Assembly (NCBI GenBank): GCA_965652295.1
Contig: CBFGTS010000005.1
Coordinates: 32,001 to 96,000 of the forward strand
Direction: 5' to 3'
Length of the DNA stretch: 64,000 nt
From: an uncultured Haloferula sp.
GTDB lineage: Bacteria; Verrucomicrobiota; Verrucomicrobiia; Verrucomicrobiales; Akkermansiaceae
Below, piece after piece: positions 21,787-30,874 of the stretch. Numbering within the stretch: position 1 is the stretch's first letter; every line of letters begins with the position of its first letter. The notes beneath the pieces were generated by a model. The model was not told where the DNA came from. It saw nothing but the letters and a program-made list of their open reading frames with translations, and did no database searches. The translations under genes were made by a program, and so were the position numbers.

Positions 21787-22319
21787 TCGTCCACCGAGAA
21801 GTTGATTTCGTTCGAGGCGGACCAATCGGCGTAGAGGATGTTCGTCCCCAGATTCTCGCCGCTGCCCTCGTGCCAGTTCTCCTTGTCGTAAACGAGCGGG
21901 ATGCTCTCGACCTCCTTGTTTCCGAAAAACTCCAACCGCCCGAGGCGTCGGCCGCTGACCACCGGGTTCCAGCCGTAGCTCGATCCGGTTTTCTCGAACT
22001 CGCCGTCGTCGGCCGGGCAGTGGAAGACTTCTGGGTTCTGGAGGTAGGGCGCGAGCTCGACCTCCAGCACGTCCATGTACTCGCCCTTTTTCTCGCGCCC
22101 GGCGGAGAGGTCGGGCATCCGCTGGCCGTGCTCCTGGGTGTAGGTTTCCAGCGCCACGGCGATCTGGCGGAGGTTGTTGATGCAGCTCGCCCGGCGGGCC
22201 GAACGGACAGCGGAGCGGACAAGGGGAAACGAGAGCCCTGCCAACGCGACGATGATCAGCAGCGCCACCAGCAATTCGGTCAGGGTGAAGCCCCGCGCTC
22301 TGTCACGTCCGGGCTTCAT
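21783..22319 (-). CDS. Prepilin-type N-terminal cleavage/methylation protein (PVC pseudopilin)
   Basis: RGFTLTELLV, C.NNLRQI..A, FHCPAD and a C-terminal H...NILYADW variant of the H-X9-DG motif. Confidence 0.88.
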   Translation of the reverse strand: MKPGRDRARGFTLTELLVALLIIVALAGLSFPLVRSAVRSARRASCINNLRQIAVALETYTQEHGQRMPDLSAGREKKGEYMDVLEVELAPYLQNPEVFHCPADDGEFEKTGSSYGWNPVVSGRRLGRLEFFGNKEVESIPLVYDKENWHEGSGENLGTNILYADWSASNEINFSVDE

Positions 22320-22939
22320 TCACGCATGGGGAATTCGTTGCCGCTGAGCCCTTTCATCACGCCGTCCATGGCCTCCATCAACGGCGCGAGATCGAGCTTG
22401 GTATCGGCCCCGGCTTTCTCGAAATACGCGCGCATTCCCTCCTCGGTCACCCGCGCCAGCAACTCCTCGCTGACTTCACGGGCCCGCTGCATTTCCTCCT
22501 CGGTCCGTCCGTCCTCGATTTCGGCAAGCGCGTCATCCACGATCTTCTGACGCTCGGCTGGCGTCATCGCATCCACGGCTTTCATGAAGGTCTCCATGGA
22601 GGCGCGGATGGTCAGCTCGACGAAGCGCTCCTTTTCGGCGTCCGTCAGCTTCGCGAACATGTCCTCGCCGATCCGCTGTTCGCGGGCACGCTGGCGCTCG
22701 GAGAAATCGAGCCGGTTGAACATGCCGGCGATCTCCAGGAGTTCGCGTTCGCGTTCGGCATCGGACACCCCCTCCGGAATGCCATCCGACCAGTTCTCGA
22801 AGCTGGCATCCTCGATCGCCCGCTCGATGTTCTCGGCCGTGACCCTTTTCGAACCCGCGTAGTGGCGGATGCCGATGACCACCGCCCAGACCAGGAGGAG
22901 CCCGAGAACCGCGCGCAGGATGACCGTGCTTTTCGCCAT
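22316..22939 (-). CDS. Hypothetical membrane-anchored helical protein
   Basis: N-terminal TM and acidic helical body. ATGA overlap with the next gene. Confidence 0.75.
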   Translation of the reverse strand: MAKSTVILRAVLGLLLVWAVVIGIRHYAGSKRVTAENIERAIEDASFENWSDGIPEGVSDAERERELLEIAGMFNRLDFSERQRAREQRIGEDMFAKLTDAEKERFVELTIRASMETFMKAVDAMTPAERQKIVDDALAEIEDGRTEEEMQRAREVSEELLARVTEEGMRAYFEKAGADTKLDLAPLMEAMDGVMKGLSGNEFPMRE

Positions 22940-22983
22940 GCGAGCCTAGACTAGACGCGATCCGTCCGCGCGCAAGCCGACGA

Positions 22984-24525
22984 CTAACGCCGGAAACCCG
23001 CTTTGAGTTCGGCGAGAGTCGTGGCTTTCAGGGCCAAGGCGAGAGCACCGTAGGAGGCCGCGCCGCCCGCGACCAATGCGAACATGGCCGCAAACCGCTG
23101 CCACTGCGCGCCGCCAAACCACGGGTCCAGCCATCCGCGGAGAAACCAGACCACCACGCCCATCGCGCTGGCGGCGACGAAGATCCGCAGGAGCTGGGAG
23201 CGTCGCCGGGCACCGAGGCCCAGCCGCCCATGCAGTCCGATTGCAAGCATGATCACGTTCACCCAGCCGGCCAAGCTGGTCGCGATGGCGATGCCGATGA
23301 AACCGACGAAGCGGAAAAGCACCAAGCTGCCGATCGCGTTGGTGAGCACCGTGACGATGGCGATCTTCATTGGTGCCTTGGTATTCTCCCGGGCGAAATA
23401 CCCTGCCTGTAGTACTTTCACCAGCACGTAGGCGGGAAGTCCGAGGGCGAAACAGGCGAGAGCCATCGAAACCGGGGCGGTCGCCCCATCTGCCGCAAAC
23501 TCACCACGCTCGTAGATCGGAGCGACGAAGGCGGACGGCGTGACGACAAAGGCAATCATCGCGGGCAGCGTGATGAGCATGGAAAGCAGGACCCCCTGAC
23601 CGATCGTATCGTTCGCCTCCAGCTCCCTGCCCGAGCGGAGCAGACGGGTGATTTCCGGCAGCAAAACGACGCCAAAAGCGGCACCAATCATGCCGTTGGG
23701 GAGTTGGAAAAGGCGGTCTGCAAAGTTAAGACTGCTGATGGCGGCTTTCTCGGAAGAAGCGATGGCGGTTCCGACCACGAGATTGATCTGCTGGATACCC
23801 GCGGCCACCACGCCGGGACCCATGAGGATCAGCAGCCGGCGGATGCGTGGAGTGAGTTCCGGCATCTTCGGCAAGATATGGATACCCAATTTCCACACCG
23901 CCGCCCACAGAAGAAGAAGTTGAGCGAAGCCAGCGGCACACACCGACCATGAAACGGCAGTGCCGATAAGCTCGAGCTCGCCACGCCAGTGGAAGACCGG
24001 AACGAGGATCCCGAGGACCACCAGCATCAGCACGTTCAGAAGCACCGGTGCGAACGCAGGCAGGGAGAATACCTTCAGGGTGTTGAGCACGCCGCTGAGG
24101 TGAGCGGAGAGTGCCATGCAAAGCAGATAGCTGAACATGATCCGTGCGTAAGCAACGGTCAGCTCGTACATTTCCGGTCCGGCCGCCGGGACCAGTATCC
24201 GCGCAAACCACGGCATGGCGGGAATCAGGATGACGGTGGCGATGAGCAACACGCCGCCAAGCCAGGTGAAAGCGTTGCGGGCGAAGCGGTGGGCGGCTTC
24301 TTCGTTTCCCTCCGCGAGTTCACGACCGAAGAGTGGCACGAAAGCGGAGTTGAACGCGCCTTCGCCGAAGATCCGGCGGAACATGTTCGGCAACCGGAGA
24401 GCGGCGTAGAACGCGTCGGTGACGACACCCGTGCCAAGGAACGCGGCCATGAACATTTCACGGATCAAGCCGAGGACGCGGCTCATCATGGTGAATCCGC
24501 CAACCGTGAACAGGGATCGGAGCAT
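22984..24525 (-). CDS. murJ: Lipid II flippase MurJ
   Basis: SRVLGLIRE, RLPNMFRRIFGEGAFNSAFVP and ADRLFQLP motifs. Confidence 0.96.
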   Translation of the reverse strand: MLRSLFTVGGFTMMSRVLGLIREMFMAAFLGTGVVTDAFYAALRLPNMFRRIFGEGAFNSAFVPLFGRELAEGNEEAAHRFARNAFTWLGGVLLIATVILIPAMPWFARILVPAAGPEMYELTVAYARIMFSYLLCMALSAHLSGVLNTLKVFSLPAFAPVLLNVLMLVVLGILVPVFHWRGELELIGTAVSWSVCAAGFAQLLLLWAAVWKLGIHILPKMPELTPRIRRLLILMGPGVVAAGIQQINLVVGTAIASSEKAAISSLNFADRLFQLPNGMIGAAFGVVLLPEITRLLRSGRELEANDTIGQGVLLSMLITLPAMIAFVVTPSAFVAPIYERGEFAADGATAPVSMALACFALGLPAYVLVKVLQAGYFARENTKAPMKIAIVTVLTNAIGSLVLFRFVGFIGIAIATSLAGWVNVIMLAIGLHGRLGLGARRRSQLLRIFVAASAMGVVVWFLRGWLDPWFGGAQWQRFAAMFALVAGGAASYGALALALKATTLAELKAGFRR

Positions 24526-24546
24526 GGAAGAAGTCGGTGAGAAACG

Positions 24547-25572
24547 TCAGCCCACCGAGGCGCGGCGGAGCCGGTCCATAATGGCTTGGCCGAGACCCAT
24601 GTCGCTGATCGGCTCGGCGACGATGAAGTCGAGCCCGGCTTCGTCGAGAGTCCGCATCACGTGGAACAGGCGCACGGCCGCTTCGGCGAGTTTTCCGCTG
24701 CCGGGGCTGAGCGATTCGACCATCGCCCAGTCGTGGAGCTTCAGGTAGCCGGCCTTGGGGTCCTCCTTGTAGCTGAGGAGGCCGTATCGCTTGCCAGGCT
24801 CCGGTTTGAAGTCAGCCGGTTTGTCGAACATCAGCAATGGAGTACGAGGAGCATAGTGGCTGGCGAGCTGGCCGGGGGCCTCGGGGGAATCGATCAGGCG
24901 CTTCTTTTCGACAATGACACGGCCGAAATTCTGAAGCTCCTTTTTGGTGATCGGTCCCGGGCGCAGGATGTGAAGCTCCGGCCGTTTCTCGCCGGGCTCG
25001 ACGCGGACGATGGTGCTCTCCAGCCCGTCGCGGCACGCCCCGGCGTCGACGATGAGCGGGATCCGGCCGCCGAGTTCCTTCATCACGGCACTGGCGGAAG
25101 TCGGGGAAATCCGGCCGAAACGGTTGGCACTGGGAGCCGCGATCGGGCGACCGAGCTCCTTGCCGATACCACGGAAGACCTTACTGGCGCTTTGACGCAC
25201 GGCGACGGTCGGGTGGCCGCTGGTGACGAGATCCGGAACGCGGTCGGTCTTCGGCAGGACGAGGGTAAGCGGGCCCGGCCAGAAGGCGGACATGAGCTTA
25301 CGGATGGTGGGCTCGATCTCCTCGGGAATGGTCGCGACATCCTCAAGCTGCTTGACGCTGGCGATGTGGACGATGAGCGGATCGAAGCTGGGCCGTTCCT
25401 TGACCTCGAAAACCTTGGCCACGGCCTCGGGGTTGAAGGCATCCGCCGCGAGGCCATAGACGGTCTCGGTGGGCACCGCGACGACCTCACCCTGCTCCAA
25501 CAGCGCGGCGGCTTCACGGACGGCGTCCTTCATGTCGTCGTCTTCAGCCTGGATGATGCGGGTGTCGGGCAC
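24547..25572 (-). CDS. tsaC: L-threonylcarbamoyladenylate synthase (Sua5-type, with C-terminal domain)
   Basis: VPTETVYGLAAD, K.RPSFDPLIVH, AAPSANRFG and PGQLASHYAP motifs. GTG start inferred. Confidence 0.93.
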   Translation of the reverse strand: MPDTRIIQAEDDDMKDAVREAAALLEQGEVVAVPTETVYGLAADAFNPEAVAKVFEVKERPSFDPLIVHIASVKQLEDVATIPEEIEPTIRKLMSAFWPGPLTLVLPKTDRVPDLVTSGHPTVAVRQSASKVFRGIGKELGRPIAAPSANRFGRISPTSASAVMKELGGRIPLIVDAGACRDGLESTIVRVEPGEKRPELHILRPGPITKKELQNFGRVIVEKKRLIDSPEAPGQLASHYAPRTPLLMFDKPADFKPEPGKRYGLLSYKEDPKAGYLKLHDWAMVESLSPGSGKLAEAAVRLFHVMRTLDEAGLDFIVAEPISDMGLGQAIMDRLRRASVG

Positions 25573-25632
25573 GCGTTTGGGATAGTCGGACGTGGCGCAG
25601 GCGGCAAGCCGGGGTTTGCGTCGGGAACGGCC

Positions 25633-25850
25633 TGGGAATAACCCGGGGTTCGTTCGGGAGAAAGTTCGGGCCCTCCTCGCGGATGGCGGGACGCTCACGG
25701 TTGTGAGGGGGTTTTCCCACAGCTTTCATAGGCGTGGAATCCCCGGGGCTGTAAGTGGAACCTGGATTCTTCCCGCTTATCCACACGACTAAGATGAAGA
25801 TGTTTGGGTGGTTCCAAAAGATCTCATCTTCTACTCTGTGAGGAACTTCG
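25633..25850. other. Candidate replication origin (DnaA boxes plus relatively AT-rich segment)
   Basis: Perfect TTATCCACA at 25777-25785, one-mismatch boxes at 25713-25721 and 25633-25641 (reverse) and an AT-richer tract at 25790-25840. parS cluster about 5.5 kb away. Confidence 0.5.
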
Positions 25851-25853
25851 GGT

Positions 25854-25940
25854 GGAGGAGCGGCGGAACGTGTCCGCCAGGAGTGGTCGCTGTCGGCGGT
25901 CTTCCCCCGGTGATTCCCGGCGAACCGGTTTCGCTGCTCC
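25854..25940 (+). repeat. REP-doublet (REPIN-like) element, copy 1
   Basis: GGAGGAGCGGCGGAACGTGTCCGCC...GGCGAACCGGTTTCGCTGCTCC, homologous to 52974-53060 (reverse). Confidence 0.65.
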
Positions 25941-25971
25941 GTTTCAGCGAGCAGCAAACCTGAAGGGGGCC

Positions 25972-26007
25972 AAAAAGAAGCGGCACCCGCCGGAGTGGGT
26001 GCCGCTT
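25972..26007 (-). terminator. Intrinsic terminator after pdhC
   Basis: AAGCGGCACCC/GGGTGCCGCTT stem followed by a T tract on the minus strand. Confidence 0.85.
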
Positions 26008-26033
26008 GGAGAATCATCGTTCGTGAAGAGACG

Positions 26034-27338
26034 TTAGATGAGCATCAGGGCGGGCTGCTCAAGGAGCTTTTTCATTTCCGCGAGGAACTGGGCCGCGACG
26101 GCCCCGTCGACGACGCGGTGGTCGCAGCTGATGCCGAGGTTCATCCGCAGGCCGGGAACGATCTGGCCGTCCTTGACGACGGGCTTTTCGATCGCGCCCC
26201 CGACGCTGACGATCAGGGCCTGAGGCGGGTTGACAATAGCATCGAAGGATTCGACGCCCCAGGCACCGAGGTTGGAGACGGTGATGGTGCCGCCGTCGAA
26301 CTCGCTCGGTTTGAGTTTTTTGTCCTTGGCGCGGGCGGCCATGTCCTTGACCTCCTTGGAGATCTGGAGGAGCGACTTGGTCTCGGCGTTCTTGATGACG
26401 GGAGTGACGAGGCCGTCCTCGACGGCGATGGCGACGGACATGCCGACACTGGCGAACTGGACAATCGAGTCGCCGGCGAAGGAGGCATTCACGGCGGGCA
26501 CGGCCTGGGCGGCGTTGATGGCGGCTTTGAGGACGAAGTCGTTGACCGAGTACTTGTTGCCGTGGGTCTGCTCGGCCTGGGTGTTGACCTGCTTGCGCAG
26601 CGCCATCAGCGGTGCCATGTCGACTTCCGCGTGGAGGTAGAAGTGGGGGATGGTCTGCTTGGAGAGCAGGAGGCGCTCCGCGATGATCTTGCGCATCGAG
26701 CTGAGCGGCAGGGTCTGGTCGCCTTCTTTCGCGGTCGGCTGGATGGCTTGGGGAGCGGGTGCAGGAGCCGGTGCGGAGGATTTCGCCTTGGCGGCGGCGG
26801 CAAGACCGGCGGCAGCGCTGGCCTGTGAGCTTTTCGGAGCGGGAGCGCCTTTGGCGGCTTCGACGTCGGCCTTCACGATGCGGCCGGCGGGGCCGGAGCC
26901 CTGAAGTGTGGAAAGCTCGACTCCGTTCTCCGCGGCGATTTTACGGGCGAGGGGCGAGGCTTTGATGCGGTCACCGGATTCGGTCGTCGCCTCGGCCTTG
27001 GATGCCGGCGTTTGCGGGGCGGGGGCGGCTTGTTGTTCGGCGGGCTTGGCAGGAGCAGCTTCGGCTGCCTTCGGAGCCTCGGGTGATGCGGTTCCGGCAT
27101 CGTCGCCATCAAGCACGGCGAGGACGCCACCGATGGGGGCCTTTTCGCCTTCCTGGACGCGGATCTCGGTGATGGTGCCTTCGTCGAACGCTTCCATTTC
27201 CATGGTCGCCTTGTCGGTTTCGACTTCAGCGACGATGTCGCCGATCTCGACGCTGTCGCCGACCTGCTTGTGCCATTTGATGAGAGTACCCTCGGACATG
27301 GTGTCCGAGAGCTTGGGCATTTCGATGTTGATAGCCAT
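26034..27338 (-). CDS. pdhC: Pyruvate dehydrogenase E2, dihydrolipoamide acetyltransferase
   Basis: Lipoyl motif ETDKATME, E3-binding ASPLARKIA and catalytic DHRVVDGA. Confidence 0.96.
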   Translation of the reverse strand: MAINIEMPKLSDTMSEGTLIKWHKQVGDSVEIGDIVAEVETDKATMEMEAFDEGTITEIRVQEGEKAPIGGVLAVLDGDDAGTASPEAPKAAEAAPAKPAEQQAAPAPQTPASKAEATTESGDRIKASPLARKIAAENGVELSTLQGSGPAGRIVKADVEAAKGAPAPKSSQASAAAGLAAAAKAKSSAPAPAPAPQAIQPTAKEGDQTLPLSSMRKIIAERLLLSKQTIPHFYLHAEVDMAPLMALRKQVNTQAEQTHGNKYSVNDFVLKAAINAAQAVPAVNASFAGDSIVQFASVGMSVAIAVEDGLVTPVIKNAETKSLLQISKEVKDMAARAKDKKLKPSEFDGGTITVSNLGAWGVESFDAIVNPPQALIVSVGGAIEKPVVKDGQIVPGLRMNLGISCDHRVVDGAVAAQFLAEMKKLLEQPALMLI

Positions 27339-27428
27339 GGATTGAGTGAGGAAAGGGGCTGCGCCGGGAGGCTTGCCCGAAGCGGGGGTCAAATCCAGCG
27401 TTTTCGGAGATGCTGAGCTTGCGGTGGG

Positions 27429-27466
27429 AAAAAGAAAGCGGAGCTCGGCATGACCGGGCTCCGCTT
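27429..27466 (-). terminator. Intrinsic terminator after the Cys-rich lipoprotein gene
   Basis: AAGCGGAGC(T)CGG/CCGGGCTCCGCTT stem followed by a T tract on the minus strand. Confidence 0.8.
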
Positions 27467-27499
27467 GGAAAGCAGGGTTGGAAAATCAGATGATCTCGC

Positions 27500-27889
27500 T
27501 CAAGGGGCGATCGGCTTCATCGTCGGGATCAGGCCAATATGCGGGCTGCCGGAGGCACCTTGGGCGGTGGCCATCTTGCGGGCGGCCTCGGTGTTGGAGC
27601 CGCAGCAGCCTTCCTTGAGGCAGTAGAAGCGGACGCAGCTCGGGCACTTCACGAAGACCTTCCTGGTGCGCTCTTTGTAGCGGGGAACTTTCTTCTCGGT
27701 GACTTCGACGAGGCCGGACTTGGCGTCGATCACCTTTTCTTCGCGGACGATGTCGTAGCCGCAAGCCTTGGCTTGGTAGGTTTCCGTCTTCACGCCGGAA
27801 AAGAAGTTCCGCACGCCAAACATGGAGCAGCAGGAGCTGAAGCCGAGGGAGAGGGCTACGAGCGACAGGAGCAGGGTCAGGTTTTTCAT
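27500..27889 (-). CDS. Cys-rich putative lipoprotein
   Basis: Signal peptide ending LGFSS-CC, plus CPSC, C and CC residues. Strong GC3 codon bias. Confidence 0.75.
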   Translation of the reverse strand: MKNLTLLLSLVALSLGFSSCCSMFGVRNFFSGVKTETYQAKACGYDIVREEKVIDAKSGLVEVTEKKVPRYKERTRKVFVKCPSCVRFYCLKEGCCGSNTEAARKMATAQGASGSPHIGLIPTMKPIAP

Positions 27890-27910
27890 GTGAATCAGTA
27901 AGATGAAGGG

Positions 27911-27985
27911 TCAGAAGAGGCAGCAGCAGGACGAGACCGCGAGGCACGCCATGGTGATGATGACAAGACGGACGAGGTTGAACAT
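27911..27985 (-). CDS. 24-aa micro-ORF consisting of a lipoprotein signal peptide plus CCCLF
   Basis: MFNLVRLVIITMACLAVSSCCCLF*. Nearly all codons end in C/G, and a promoter-like element lies directly upstream. Confidence 0.6.
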   Translation of the reverse strand: MFNLVRLVIITMACLAVSSCCCLF

Positions 27986-27992
27986 TGTTGGA

Positions 27993-28020
27993 ATGCTACG
28001 GTTGGCGGGATCGCTGGCAA
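27993..28020 (-). promoter_or_regulatory. Sigma70-like promoter (TTGCCA-N16-TAGCAT) for a probably leaderless transcript
   Basis: The -10 hexamer ends 7 nt before the micro-ORF ATG. Confidence 0.55.
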
Positions 28021-28054
28021 CGAAAAAGCTTGGTCGTGACGGAGTTGGTCGCGT

Positions 28055-29041
28055 TCAGCCCATGGTCAGCACGCGCTCGATGATGCGCCGCGGGTTCGGA
28101 AGCTGTTCGGGCTCGACGAAGGGCGAGTAGATCGCCGGGGCGTCGCGGGTGGTGACGCGTTTGATCGGCGCGTCGAGGTAATCGAAGGCCTCGTCCTGGA
28201 TGATGTGCGAAACCATGGCGGAAACGCCGCCGAAGCCCTTGGATTCGTCGACCAGAACGACGCGGTTGGTTTTGCGGACGGTGGCGAGGATCGCCTCGAC
28301 ATCGAGCGGCCGGATTGAGCGGAGATCGAGCACCTCGGCGGAAATGCCGTGTTCTTCCTTGAGTTTCTCGGCAGCGGCGAGCGCGTGGAGGACGGAGCGG
28401 CCATGGGCGATGAGGGAGACGTCGGAGCCCTCGCGCTTGAGGTCGGCCTTGCCCAACGGAACGACGTGATCGCCCTCGGAGGGGTCGGGAACCTCGCCGG
28501 AGGTGCCGTAAAGGAGGACGTTCTCCATCACGTAGACCGGGTCGTTGTCGCGGATCGCGGCCTTGATCAGTCCTTTGGCGTCGGAAGGGGTCGCGGGCAC
28601 GCAGACCTTGAGGCCGGGGAAGGACGCGAACAGGGCCTCGGGCACGTGGCAGTGGGTGGCGCCGACGTTGTTGCCGCCGTTGGCGGGGCCGCGCATGACG
28701 ATCGGGACATTAATCAACCCGCCGGACATGTAGCGGACGCAGGCGGCGTTGTTGACGAGCTGGTCGAAGGCGACGGAGTGGAACGACCAGAACATCAGCT
28801 CCATGACCGGACGGACGCCGAGCATGGAGGCGCCGACGCCCATGCCGATGAAGCCGGCTTCGGAAATCGGGGTGTCGACGACGCGCTTGTCGCCCCACTT
28901 GGCCCAGAGGCCTTCGGTGACCTTGTAGGCGCCGTTGTACTGGGCCACTTCCTCGCCGAGGATGACGACGTTCTCGTCGCGGGCGAGTTCCTCATCAAGG
29001 CCTTCACGGAGCGCTTCGCGGTAAGTCAGGGTGCGGGACAT
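28055..29041 (-). CDS. pdhB: Pyruvate dehydrogenase E1 beta subunit
   Basis: GEEVAQYNGAYKVT, DTPISEAGF and DLRSIRPLD motifs. Confidence 0.96.
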   Translation of the reverse strand: MSRTLTYREALREGLDEELARDENVVILGEEVAQYNGAYKVTEGLWAKWGDKRVVDTPISEAGFIGMGVGASMLGVRPVMELMFWSFHSVAFDQLVNNAACVRYMSGGLINVPIVMRGPANGGNNVGATHCHVPEALFASFPGLKVCVPATPSDAKGLIKAAIRDNDPVYVMENVLLYGTSGEVPDPSEGDHVVPLGKADLKREGSDVSLIAHGRSVLHALAAAEKLKEEHGISAEVLDLRSIRPLDVEAILATVRKTNRVVLVDESKGFGGVSAMVSHIIQDEAFDYLDAPIKRVTTRDAPAIYSPFVEPEQLPNPRRIIERVLTMG

Positions 29042-29093
29042 CGGGGATGGTGTTCGGGAGTCGGTTGCGAACTACTAGATCTTTCGTAGAAAA

Positions 29094-30170
29094 TCAATCG
29101 GTGAAGAAATGGCGGCCGGTGCGGGACGCCTCGGTGTCGTGGTCGCTCTCCCAGTAGACGTCCTCCATGATGGATTCGACGGTGGGGGCGGGGGCGTTCT
29201 CGGCGAATTCGACGGAGGCGGCGGCCTCCTGCTTGGCGGCCTGGTCGATGTCCTTGATGAGGTCGTCGTTCAGCACGCCCTCGTCCACGAGGCGGCGTTC
29301 CCAGAGGCGGATGGGATCGTGGTTCTGCTTGTAGTTCTCGATCTCCTCCGGGGTGCGGTATTTCTTGTGGTTCGCGTCGGCAATACTATGGCCGTAGTAA
29401 CGATAGGTGGCGATCTCGAGGATGGCGGGTTTGCCCTGCTTGCGGGCGCGCTCCATGGCGATGTGGGTCTTGGCGCGGACTTCGTAAATGTCTCCGCCGT
29501 TCACCAGATCCCAGTCCATGTCGTAGGCTTCGGCGCGCTGGGCGAGGCAGCCTTTGAAGGCGGACGAGCGCTTCTGGGAGGTCCCCATCGAGTAGCCGTT
29601 GTTCTCGATGATGTAGACGACCGGCAGCTCGAAAAGGGCGGCGATGTTGAGGGATTCGTGGTAGGCGCCCTGGTTGACCGCTCCGTCGCCCAGATAGCAG
29701 AGGGCGCAGCCTTCGAGGCCCTTGTACTTCAAGCCGTAGGCGAGGCCGAGACCGAGCGGGGTCTGGCCGGCGACGATCCCGTGACCGCCCCAGTAGTTTT
29801 TGTCCGGTGCGAAGAAGTGCATCGAGCCGCCCTTGCCCTTCGAGCAGCCGGAGGCCTTGCCGTAGAGCTCGGCCATGCACTCGTTCATCGACATGCCGAC
29901 GGAGAGGGCGTGGGCGTGGCAGCGGTAGGCGGTGATGTTGTGATCGTTCTCGCCGCAGAGCGAAAGGGTGCCGACGGCGACGGATTCCTGGCCGATGTAC
30001 AAATGGAGGAAGCCCCCCATTTTCCCTGCGTTGTAGTACTTCAGCGCGGCTTGCTCGAACCGGCGGATGCGCACCATCTTGCGGTAGAGCTCGACTTTCT
30101 GGTCGGCGCTCAGCGCCTGGTTGACGGGAGAGCCCGCGAAATCGAGCTGCTGGGATTCGGCGGAAAACAT
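29094..30170 (-). CDS. pdhA: Pyruvate dehydrogenase E1 alpha subunit
   Basis: GFLHLYIGQE, GKGGSMH, TPP motif GDGA...ENN and TYRYYGHS. Confidence 0.96.
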   Translation of the reverse strand: MFSAESQQLDFAGSPVNQALSADQKVELYRKMVRIRRFEQAALKYYNAGKMGGFLHLYIGQESVAVGTLSLCGENDHNITAYRCHAHALSVGMSMNECMAELYGKASGCSKGKGGSMHFFAPDKNYWGGHGIVAGQTPLGLGLAYGLKYKGLEGCALCYLGDGAVNQGAYHESLNIAALFELPVVYIIENNGYSMGTSQKRSSAFKGCLAQRAEAYDMDWDLVNGGDIYEVRAKTHIAMERARKQGKPAILEIATYRYYGHSIADANHKKYRTPEEIENYKQNHDPIRLWERRLVDEGVLNDDLIKDIDQAAKQEAAASVEFAENAPAPTVESIMEDVYWESDHDTEASRTGRHFFTD

Positions 30171-30220
30171 AGGCGCAGGGGACTTAGGACGGGCGTTGGA
30201 TGGAGGCAAGGTTTATCCGA

Positions 30221-30790
30221 TCATGAAGGGCGCACGGCCGGGACGGAGGAAGAAGCGGGCAGGGCGAGAGGACGCAGGGCCGCGACAAAGACGGCGGTGA
30301 AGAGAAGGTTGGCGGCAGCGAGATTGCGGAAGAAGACCCAGGTGGGAGCGAAACCTTGGGGGCCGGTCCACTGCGCTTGGAGGAAGCCGATCGCGGTTTT
30401 CGGGTAAAGCGGATCGGCGGCGAAGGAGACGCAGTTGCTGACGAAGTAGAATGCGGCGGCGGCGAGCAGCGATCCGCCGAGCACCGCGGCGGTGGAGGGG
30501 CGACTGCGCAGGAAGAGGCCGAGGGCGATCGGTCCGGCGAGACCCGCGAGGATGCCGATGTGGTGGACGCCGAGGACGGGGTAGCCTTGCAGAAGGCTGA
30601 CGAGCGGATCGGTGACCAACCACGCACCCACTGGCAGGAGCCAGGCGGAGCGGCCGCGGAAGAAGATGAGACCACAGAGGAAGACCGCCGGGAGGGGCGA
30701 GAAGTTGGGCATGAACCCGGTCGCGCTGATCACGCGGAAGACGACCAGAAGACCGACGAGTAATACCGAAGCAAGCCATGTCGTGCGCAT
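30221..30790 (-). CDS. DUF6580-like small membrane protein (possible ECF-type vitamin transporter S-component)
   Basis: PNFSPL.A..L motif, FYFVSN, YPKT..G and about 6 TM. Confidence 0.7.
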   Translation of the reverse strand: MRTTWLASVLLVGLLVVFRVISATGFMPNFSPLPAVFLCGLIFFRGRSAWLLPVGAWLVTDPLVSLLQGYPVLGVHHIGILAGLAGPIALGLFLRSRPSTAAVLGGSLLAAAAFYFVSNCVSFAADPLYPKTAIGFLQAQWTGPQGFAPTWVFFRNLAAANLLFTAVFVAALRPLALPASSSVPAVRPS

Positions 30791-30874
30791 GCCTCTTCGA
30801 TGCCGCAGGTTGGAGGCCGGGGCGAGTCGAAAATGTTCGCCAGCTGGTGCGAATTCCGTCATTCCACAAGGGAA

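Noticed and set aside
25544..26037. Short ORFs across the tsaC-pdhC gap
   Set aside because: Atypical composition. They overlap DnaA boxes, a repeat and a terminator, so the gap is better read as non-coding.
30791..30874. Possible cobalamin riboswitch upstream of the DUF6580-like gene
   Set aside because: The gap is only about 84 bp and no B12-box was recognised.
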